Source of the DNA: a virus
Lineage: Duplodnaviria > Caudoviricetes
Reading direction: 5' to 3' (one strand)
IMG/VR virus record: IMGVR_UViG_3300033075_001504
Coordinates: 1 to 64,000 of that record
DNA: 64,000 nucleotides
The translations under genes were made by a program, and so were the position numbers. The notes below the pieces were generated by a model, which was not told the DNA's origin, searched no databases, and saw nothing but the letters and a program-made list of their open reading frames with translations. This document shows positions 45,886 through 53,300 of the stretch, in pieces (position 1 is the first letter of the stretch; each line of letters opens with the position of its first letter).

Positions 45886-46005
45886 GGTCAGGCTCGGTGG
45901 GGTCAGGCTTGGTGCGGCCCGGCGTGGAGCGGCTAGGCGTGACACGGCATGACAAGGCATGGCGTGCCATGGCAGGGCCTGGACCGGACTGGCAGGGCAC
46001 GGCAC
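45886..46005 (+). repeat. GGY-NN pentamer array A (24 units), candidate guide RNA
   Basis: All 24 units start with G, 18 with GGY; last two bases variable; begins at the ATPase stop codon. Confidence 0.9.
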
Positions 46006-46008
46006 GGG

Positions 46009-46034
46009 GGGGCGGGATCTTCGGGTCCCGCCCC
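46009..46034 (+). terminator. Intrinsic terminator closing array A
   Basis: GGGGCGGGATC-TTCG-GGTCCCGCCCC then TCTT. Confidence 0.75.
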
Positions 46035-46059
46035 TCTTCCCATCTACGAACGGAGAGAC

Positions 46060-46593
46060 ATGAAGAAGTTGATCATCCCGCTGCTGGTGGCCGCCGCGCT
46101 GCTGGCCGGGTGCGCGGACTCGTCCCAGCGCAAGGACGCCCAGGTGGCCAACGACCAGCTCGGGCAGTACCTCCAGGCGCAGCCGGTGCCGGTGTTCAAG
46201 TGGTCCCAGGAGCGGGCCACGATGGTCGCCATCATCAACGCCCGGGCGACTACGACGGCGACCACGACGTTCTTCTTCAACCAGGGCGTCAAGGACCCGA
46301 TCATGTCCTGCCCGTCGATCGGCTACCCGATCGCATCCTCGACCCAGCTCACCAACCCCGACACCGAGGTGGGCGGGCAGGGCGCGGTCGTGGCGCAGAT
46401 CGACCCGCCCGGCGTCTACACAGGGGACTCGACGGGCACCTACGTGCTCTGCACGGCCTCCTCGGGCACCCGCTACCCCTTCTACTGGGAGGGTTTCGTC
46501 GCTACGGTCGGCGGGGACGCTGTCTGGGACAGCGCGAAGGGCGAGGCCGTCATGCAGGGCGAGCCGACCGTGAAGGTGGAGACCAAGAAGTGA
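46060..46593 (+). CDS. Lipoprotein
   Basis: MKK signal with LAGC lipobox; SIGYPIASSTQLTNP...GVYTGDSTGTYVLC. Confidence 0.82.
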   Translation: MKKLIIPLLVAAALLAGCADSSQRKDAQVANDQLGQYLQAQPVPVFKWSQERATMVAIINARATTTATTTFFFNQGVKDPIMSCPSIGYPIASSTQLTNPDTEVGGQGAVVAQIDPPGVYTGDSTGTYVLCTASSGTRYPFYWEGFVATVGGDAVWDSAKGEAVMQGEPTVKVETKK

Positions 46594-46925
46594 GCGGCTA
46601 CGACAACTACGGCGACCGGCCGTCCAAGGACATGGCCCGCATCGTGATGTGGACCCTGTTCGCAGTGGTGCTGGTCGCGGCCGTCACGCTGCTGTGGGTC
46701 TACGTGGTGAGCCCGCTGCTGATCTCCCGCAACGCGGAGAACCTCCAGCGGACCTACGGGGCCCAGTCGGCGAAGATCGACGCGGCCCGCGAGGCGATCA
46801 CTGCGGCGACCGTAGCCACCAACCCGGCGAGCAAGAAGGCGCTGACCATCCAGGCGTGCCATCTCATCGCCGACGTGAACGACCCTCCCGGAGACCTCGC
46901 CTCCTTCGAGGCGACCGACTGCTGA
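46590..46925 (+). CDS. Membrane protein
   Basis: Single TM; GTGA coupling to the lipoprotein. Confidence 0.75.
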   Translation: MSGYDNYGDRPSKDMARIVMWTLFAVVLVAAVTLLWVYVVSPLLISRNAENLQRTYGAQSAKIDAAREAITAATVATNPASKKALTIQACHLIADVNDPPGDLASFEATDC

Positions 46926-47151
46926 GCCACGGCGTGGCACGGCGTGGCCGGATAGGGCGGGGCAGGTCCAGCCCAGGTCTGGCAAGGCATGACTCGGCAG
47001 GGCATGGCACGGCATGGCCGGACCAGGACAGGCATGGAGGGGCTGGGCAAGGCAAGGCTAGGACTGGCCCGGCGAGGCGCGGTTTCGGCCCGGCAAGGCT
47101 AGGCAAGCCCCGGCAGGGCCGGGCTTGGCAAGGCACGGCAGGACGTGGTCA
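46926..47151 (+). repeat. GGY-NN pentamer array B (45 units)
   Basis: 31 pentamers, one hexamer (GGTTTC, 47081-86), 13 pentamers; starts immediately after the TGA. Confidence 0.9.
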
Positions 47152-47171
47152 TCACAACTCTGGAGGTCCCG

Positions 47172-47696
47172 ATGAAGTACACCTGGTTCCCTGACGCTTC
47201 GCGGTTCATCGAGGAGTGGGGGCTGTCGCACGCCGACGTCGAGGACGTCGCCGATCACCCGACGACCGTCGCGGTCAACGCGCTCTCGGTGAGCAAGGGC
47301 TACCCGGTCGAGGACCGGCGGCGCGGTGACGTGACCGTCGTGGTCGGTCTCCGCGAGGAGCAGCCGTCCATCCTCTACGTCCGGGTGCACCTCCCGATCC
47401 ACACCACCAGCGGCCTGGGCTCGCAGCAGCCGAGTGGATCGGGCTCCGAGCTTCCCCGCACGATGCGGGGGCTCCGATCCAAGATCGTGGCCGAGGGCTA
47501 CCGGATCGAGGCCGGTGGCAAGCACGACCGGGTGCTCACCCCGGACGGCGACTTCCTCTGCGCGATCTCCGTGACGCCATCGGAGTACCGATCGATCGCC
47601 AACGACTGGCTGGCGTTCCGGCGAGCGGCGGACAAGCACGCAGTCAAGAGCCGCGCGCTGCGCGGTTCCCTCTACCTCGAGGAGACCGCCCCCTGA
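47172..47696 (+). CDS. Two-domain putative RNase: RelE/DUF4258-like N-terminus plus HicA-like C-terminus
   Basis: C-terminal GYRIEAGGKHDRVLTPDG..CAISVTPSEYRSIAN resembles the HicA-like fold; N-terminal assignment tentative; GGAGG RBS. Confidence 0.55.
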   Translation: MKYTWFPDASRFIEEWGLSHADVEDVADHPTTVAVNALSVSKGYPVEDRRRGDVTVVVGLREEQPSILYVRVHLPIHTTSGLGSQQPSGSGSELPRTMRGLRSKIVAEGYRIEAGGKHDRVLTPDGDFLCAISVTPSEYRSIANDWLAFRRAADKHAVKSRALRGSLYLEETAP

Positions 47697-47701
47697 CCTA
47701 C

Positions 47702-47881
47702 GGCGCGGCTGGGTGAGGCACGGCCAGCCTCGGCGAGGCGTGGCTGGACAGGACAAGGCCAGGACGGGTTAGGCAAGGCAAGGCCAGGACAGGCGTGGCA
47801 GGTCTCGGCTTGGCAAGGCAGGACCAGCCTTGGTCGGGCTAGGCATGCACGGGTTCGGCGAGGCGCGGCGTGGCACGGCTG
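47702..47881 (+). repeat. GGY-NN pentamer array C (36 units)
   Basis: Unbroken 5-nt phase over 180 nt; starts 5 nt after the TGA. Confidence 0.9.
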
Positions 47882-47882
47882 C

Positions 47883-47910
47883 GGGCCCCATCACCGCGGT
47901 GGTGGGGCCC
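47883..47910 (+). terminator. Intrinsic terminator closing array C
   Basis: GGGCCCCATCACC/GGTGGTGGGGCCC then TTTG. Confidence 0.75.
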
Positions 47911-47918
47911 TTTGCTGT

Positions 47919-48149
47919 GCCAAGGCGAGCCGGGACATGGCGTGGCTTGGTAAGGCGTGACACGGCGTGGCACGGCTGGATCTGGCCTGGCAAGGCGCGG
48001 CTGGGCAAGACCGGGCAAGTCTGGGCCCGGCAAGGCGGGCCAAGGCGCGCCGAGCCGTGGCGACGGCGAGGCACGGCAAGCCCGGGCGTGGCGAGGCAGG
48101 GCGCGACACGGCAAGCCCGGTCTCGGCGTGGCACGGCAAGGCAAGGAAC
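47919..48149 (+). repeat. GGY-NN pentamer array D (46 units)
   Basis: 29 pentamers, one extra C (48064), 17 pentamers; ends 32 nt before the RAMP gene. Confidence 0.9.
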
Positions 48150-48181
48150 CATCCATCGAACAGGAAGGCAAGGACAGAACC

Positions 48182-48847
48182 ATGGCACGTACGAGCACGA
48201 TGAATCAGGAGCCCGTCGCCCTCGGTGGTGACGTGAGCAACGCAGGGGAGAGCGCGATCCTCACGGGGGCGCCCTACATGGCGACGGTGACCATCAAGGG
48301 CACCGCGCCGATCCTGTTCCACCGCTGGCAGACCGACGCGGTGGAGGCCAAGGCGAAGGCGGCCAAGAACTCCACGGCCAAGAAGACCGACGACGTGGAG
48401 TCCTACGTCTACCGCGACGAGCAGGGCGTCATCTGCCTGCCCGGCGTCTACCTGCTCGGGTCGATCACCGACCCGCGCAATGGCGCGGCCAAGTACCGGC
48501 AGGACCCGCGGTCCCCGCGCAAGAGCGCGCTGGACCTCTACAAGGCCGGGGTCATCGCGATGACCGACCTCGCGCCGATCACCCGTGCCGACGGCGAGCT
48601 CGCCACGGCGTGGGACTACACCGACCGCCGCCGGGTCACCGTGCAGCGGGCGGGCATCACCCGCGAGCGCCCGGCGTTCGCGGCGGGCTGGTCGGCCACG
48701 GTCGACTTCATGGTCACCACGCCCGAGTACATCAAGCCCGCCGACCTGCTCGACGTCCTCACCAAGGGCGGCCTGCTGGTCGGCGTCGCGGACTACCGGC
48801 CCACCTTCGGCCGGTTCCAGGTGGTCAACTTCGCGGAGATCCCGTGA
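48182..48847 (+). CDS. Solo Cas7/RAMP-like protein (candidate Vipr-type effector)
   Basis: Beta1 ATVTIKGTAPILFH; ICLPGVYLLGSI (compare Cas7 'YIPGSSLKGAL'); thumb-like RRRVTVQRAGITRERP; C-terminal G-loop GLLVGVADYRPTFGRFQV. Confidence 0.78.
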   Translation: MARTSTMNQEPVALGGDVSNAGESAILTGAPYMATVTIKGTAPILFHRWQTDAVEAKAKAAKNSTAKKTDDVESYVYRDEQGVICLPGVYLLGSITDPRNGAAKYRQDPRSPRKSALDLYKAGVIAMTDLAPITRADGELATAWDYTDRRRVTVQRAGITRERPAFAAGWSATVDFMVTTPEYIKPADLLDVLTKGGLLVGVADYRPTFGRFQVVNFAEIP

Positions 48848-49293
48848 GCATCCACCTGCGCAACGGGCTGTACACCGCCTGCGGGCGGCAGGTCTCCGGC
48901 ACCATCCGGGCCACCCAGGACACCTCGGCGGTGGACTGCTACCAGTGCCGTTCCACCAACGCGTACGGCGATCGTCTCCGCGCAGACCGGAACCTGACCG
49001 CCCCGCTCCTGAACAGCAACCTCACCGCCGACCAGCACGCCATCAAGGTGGTGCTGGACCAGGTGTTCGAGTCGGCCTACCGGGAGGCGGACGACCAGGG
49101 ATACTGCGACGTCTTCGACGACATCGTGGGCGACATCACGATCCCGTCCTGGTACACCCTGCCTCCGCGCAAGAAGAAGTGGCGGATCTCGGCCCGCTAC
49201 GACTCGACGGTCGACGCGGCCACCGAGGAGGAGGCCCTTCAGGTGATCGCCGAGAACCCCGGCGACTACCTCAGCGTCTACAAGGACTCCTGA
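48844..49293 (+). CDS. Hypothetical protein with N-terminal Zn-finger-like motif
   Basis: H...TACG...VDCYQC; GTGA-coupled to the RAMP gene. Confidence 0.7.
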   Translation: MSIHLRNGLYTACGRQVSGTIRATQDTSAVDCYQCRSTNAYGDRLRADRNLTAPLLNSNLTADQHAIKVVLDQVFESAYREADDQGYCDVFDDIVGDITIPSWYTLPPRKKKWRISARYDSTVDAATEEEALQVIAENPGDYLSVYKDS

Positions 49294-49339
49294 CGTTCGA
49301 CACCGGCTCTATCGTGAGGGACAACCTCGAGGAGGACGC

Positions 49340-49888
49340 ATGATCAAGGCCCTGGCCACGCTCGGTGTGGCCGCCCTGCTGACGCTCGGCACCGCCGGGA
49401 CGGCCAGCGCGCACGAGCACCACCCCAAGCCGTCCTGCTCGCCGTCGGCATCCCCGACCCCGACCAAGACGCCCACCCCGACGCCGACTCCCACCGAGTC
49501 GACGCCGACCCCGACTCCCACCACGGAGTCGCCGACCCCCACGCCGACGACGCAGTCCCCGACTCCGACGCCGACGACGGAGTCACCCACCCCCACCCCC
49601 ACGGAGCCCACCGAGTCGCCCTCGGAGTCTCCGTCCGAGTCGGACTCGCCCAGCGCGACACCGAGCGAGTCCACCGCAACGCCCACGCCGAGCGAGTCGA
49701 GCCCGTCCGCGACGGGGACCCCGACTCCCTCGGTCGACCCGTCCACGACCCCGTCCCCGAGCGTCACGCCTCGGGAGCTGGCGCACACCGGTGACGAGCC
49801 GGGGGTCGTGCTGGGGCTGGGCCTGCTCGCCCTGGGGATCGGCATCGTCTCTCTGCTCGTCACGAGGCGGAGCGGCAGCCACTCCTAG
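49340..49888 (+). CDS. Secreted Pro/Thr/Ser-rich protein with LAxTG sortase anchor
   Basis: Signal peptide ending ASA, (PT)n/TESPTPTP repeats, LAHTG plus TM plus RR. Confidence 0.85.
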   Translation: MIKALATLGVAALLTLGTAGTASAHEHHPKPSCSPSASPTPTKTPTPTPTPTESTPTPTPTTESPTPTPTTQSPTPTPTTESPTPTPTEPTESPSESPSESDSPSATPSESTATPTPSESSPSATGTPTPSVDPSTTPSPSVTPRELAHTGDEPGVVLGLGLLALGIGIVSLLVTRRSGSHS

Positions 49889-50017
49889 GCACGTCGCACG
49901 GACGTCAAGGCCACTGCGGTCCTGTCTCGCTTGCTCTCAACGGGACCGGGAACCATGGTGGGAGAGTGCGCTTGGAACCTTCCGCACGTAGACACCACCA
50001 GCGTCCTGAGACGACAG

Positions 50018-50049
50018 AGCCCCCCGGCCCCTTCGGGGGCCGGGGGGCT
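50018..50049. terminator. Terminator between convergent transcription units
   Basis: 14-bp AGCCCCCCGGCCCC-TTCG-GGGGCCGGGGGGCT then TT. Confidence 0.85.
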
Positions 50050-50064
50050 TTGCCATGTCCGGAC

Positions 50065-50352
50065 TCAGCCGATGAGGACGTCCAGGACCGGAGAACCGGC
50101 CGAGGAGACCACGAAGGTGTTGCCCAGGCCCTCGACCTCGGTCAGGGTGATGACCGCTCCCGGCTTGAGCCGGTAGCCGGTGGGGGCCGCGGCCGCCGAG
50201 TACCCGATGAGGATGTCGTTGGTCGCGTCGTTGTTGCGCAGGATGACGTTGCCGCCCCCGCGCGGGACGTACTGGAGGATGTCGGTGACGCCCAGCCCGC
50301 TCAGCAGGCTGGCGGGCGTGGTGGTCACGGTGACCTGCTTGCCGAGTGCCAT
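50065..50352 (-). CDS. Small beta-rich virion-type protein (95 aa)
   Basis: AGGAG RBS; directly after the tape measure gene. Confidence 0.6.
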   Translation of the reverse strand: MALGKQVTVTTTPASLLSGLGVTDILQYVPRGGGNVILRNNDATNDILIGYSAAAAPTGYRLKPGAVITLTEVEGLGNTFVVSSAGSPVLDVLIG

Positions 50353-50360
50353 GGGTGCTC

Positions 50361-53300
50361 CTAGATGGTCGACCCGCGCAGCTTGTTGGCGCGGGAGATT
50401 GCGGCGATCTTGGCGGCCATCTTCTCGGGGTCGTTGGTCTGGACCGCGATGGTGGCGCCGGTGATGTTGTAGTTGGTGGTCGAGACCGTCCGGCTGTTCA
50501 CCGTGCGGTTGTTGGTGGTGCGGGTGCTCACCGACGCCGGGGCGTTGCGGTAGCCCGAGTGCTCGCCCTGCGTCCCCGAGGAGTTGCTGGTCGCGTCCAT
50601 CGAGGTGAAGAACTCCGGGAAGGCCGCCTTGATCGTGTTGAGCTCGTTCATGGTGATCTGGCCGGTCTTGCCCAGGTTGTTCTTCACCAGCGTCTGGGCC
50701 TTGTTGAACATCGTGGTGAAGTCCCCGACGTACTCCTTGCTCATCAGGTCCAGGTCCTCCTTGGCCCGGGCCTGCTGGGTCTTGCGCGCGGCGGCCATCC
50801 GGGCCATGCCCTTGTTGAACTCCTCGATGCCGCGGCTCATCGCGGTCTGGAAGTCCTTGGCCGAGCGGGTGTAGGACTGGTTGAGGTCGGAGGTCACCAG
50901 CGAGCTCGTCGCGCTCTGGCGGGACTTGGCCAGCGCGTTGAACTGGTTGATGTCGTTCTTGGTCATCTCCTGGGCGAGCTCCTCGACCTGCTGGGCGTTC
51001 GCCGGGTTGGCGAGGTCGAGCATGTCGATGACCTGCTGGCTCAGGCCGAGCTTCTTGAGCCTGCGCAGGTTGGCCACCTGCTGCTTGATCCGGCGGGTCT
51101 GGTCGGCCAGGTTCTGCTTGATCGTCCCGACGTCGGCGGTGTAGGTGGAGTAGACCCGCTGGAACGGGTTGTAGATCGTCTTGGCGGCGTCCTCCTGCAT
51201 CCGCTTGACGCTCTTGTGGTAGTCCTCGTAGGAGTGCCGGGACTGGGTCTGGAAGTCCTCCTGGGCGTAGCCGCGCTGGCGGTAGTAGTCCTCGTCGCTG
51301 CGCTTCATCGACCGGGCGAAGTCCTCCTGGGCCTTCACCATGTTCTGGAGGTACTGGTAGTAGGACGCCTTCTGGCCCTCGTAGGCCTGCTTGGCCTCGA
51401 TCTGGCGCTGCACGGTCTCGGTGGTGGGCGCCTCGTTCATCACCGACTGGTAGCGGGTCTGGGCCCCACGCAGCCGCCCCACCCGGCCCTGGTAGACGTC
51501 GGCGAACTGCTGGTCCACCCCGGCCAGCCCCTGGGCCTGCTTGGCGAGGTTGTAGAGCGCACCGTACTTGGCGTCCGGGGTGGACGCGCCCTCCTCGGCC
51601 AGGATGCCCTGGAGGATCGAGGGGATCTTGTTCACGTCGCCCTTGGCCTGCGCCTTGGCCTTGGCGTAGAGCTGGAGGGCGGCGTTGGCCAGCGTGGAGG
51701 AGTCCCCGCTGGTGAGCGCCTGGTTGAGCACCCCCGAGGTGATGTCGAACCCCTTGCCCTTGAGGCCCTTCACCGTGGGGTCCTCGCTGGACACCATGAG
51801 CTTGGGGAGGTTGCCCGCCGCGGCCTTGGCCGAGCCGAAGACGACGCCCTGGCCCTCCCAGGACTGCCGGTACTTCCCGAAGTCGGAGTCCGAGCCCTGG
51901 GCGGCGAGGAACTCGGCGGCCGAGCGGTACTCGCCCTTGCGCTGCATCATCGACGCGGCGGTGTAGTTGAAGTTGAAGCCGTACTGCTTCTCGATCTGCG
52001 CGATGGCCTCGGTGCGGTTGGCGGCCGCCGTCGGGCTGCGGTCGTCGGGGTTGGAGAAGACCTTGTCCAGCAGCGCGTAGAGCCCGGCGACCTTGGCCTG
52101 GTTGGCGGCCTTGTCGCCGTAGAGCGAGGCGTTGGCGGTGTACTGGCCGACCGCCCCGAGCCCCAGCTTCGTGCGCGCCTGGGCGTCGTCGCTGGCGTCG
52201 CGGCCGAAGAAGCTCCAGAACCCGCTGGAGGCCGACTGGTCGATCCCGCTGCCCATCGCGTTCGAGATGTCGTCGATCCCGAACTTGCCGCCGTTCATGT
52301 AGAGGTCGATCGCCTTGTTGCCCTCGCCGAAGGGAAGCGCGCGGCGGACGTCCTGCATCGCGGACTTGATGACGTTGGGATCGTTGGTGTTCAGCGTGCG
52401 CAGGTAGGCGGCACCCTGCTCGGCGGTGTTGATGCCCGAGGTGTTGGGGTTGGTGGTCTTGTTCCCCATGTCGGTCTTGGCCGCCCGGGCGGCCTGGGAC
52501 AGGCTGGTCACCTCGGAGGAGGCCTGGAAGGCCGCGCTGGCCAGGTTGGCGATGTTGGTGGTCGCCTGCCCGAGAGCCGAGGTGTAGGGGGTGTTCTGGT
52601 TGTAGTCGGCCATCGTCATGCCCGCGATGCGCTGCTTGCGCTCGTCGTTGGCATTGAGCAGGTAGGACACGCCCATCGCCCCGGCCAGGCCCATCCCGAT
52701 CGGGCCGCCCAGGAAGTTCAGCGCCGCGCCACCGGCCGAGCGGAGCAGCCCGCCGCCCATCTGGGCGAGGCCGCGGACGCCGCCGGTGGCCTGCGCCGCC
52801 ACGAAGGCTCCGGTGGCCTTGGTGGCGGCGAACATGGACCGGGTGAAGCCGTCCGTGCTCATCACGGCACCCTTGAGCGCCGCCCCGAGGCTGATGCTGC
52901 TGCTGCCGCGTGCCCAGCCCTCGACCGGGGACTCGCGGTAGAACCGGGCCATGTCGTTGACGCCGACCGTCCACAGCCGCGGCACCATCCCGAGCGCGCG
53001 GTCCCGCATGCCGCTCACGCCGCCCCCGGAGGGGGAGAGGAAGCCGAGGTTGGACCCCAGCCGGTAGCCCAGGGACTCCAGGCGGCCCTGGGTGCCCGCC
53101 TGGTAGCGGTTGAAGTACTCCCCGGAGGGGGCGCCGCCAGCCCGGGCGCTGCCGAAGGCCTCGCCGAAGGCGCCCCGCGCCCTGGAGTTGCGCAGCCAGT
53201 TCAGCGCCGCCACCGGGGCCAGGAAGGAGCCGAGCTGGGCCATGATGCCCGCCCCGCCCATCGCGAGGCCGCCGACCCCGGCCATTGCCCCGCCCGCGGA

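Noticed and set aside
45886-48149. CRISPR array or simple microsatellite interpretation
   Set aside because: No 25-45-nt direct repeats with spacers; the variable dinucleotides are aperiodic, unlike slippage products.
45897-48322. Arg/Gly/Ala-rich ORFs over the arrays (e.g. 45897..46925, 47769..48188, 47830..48231, and the 5' extensions from 45949, 47145 and 47957)
   Set aside because: They are translations of the 5-nt repeat; real starts with RBS are at 46060, 47172 and 48182.
49440-49770. Independent DNA repeat element in the PT-rich stretch
   Set aside because: Explained by the coding Pro/Thr/Ser stalk of the sortase-anchored protein.
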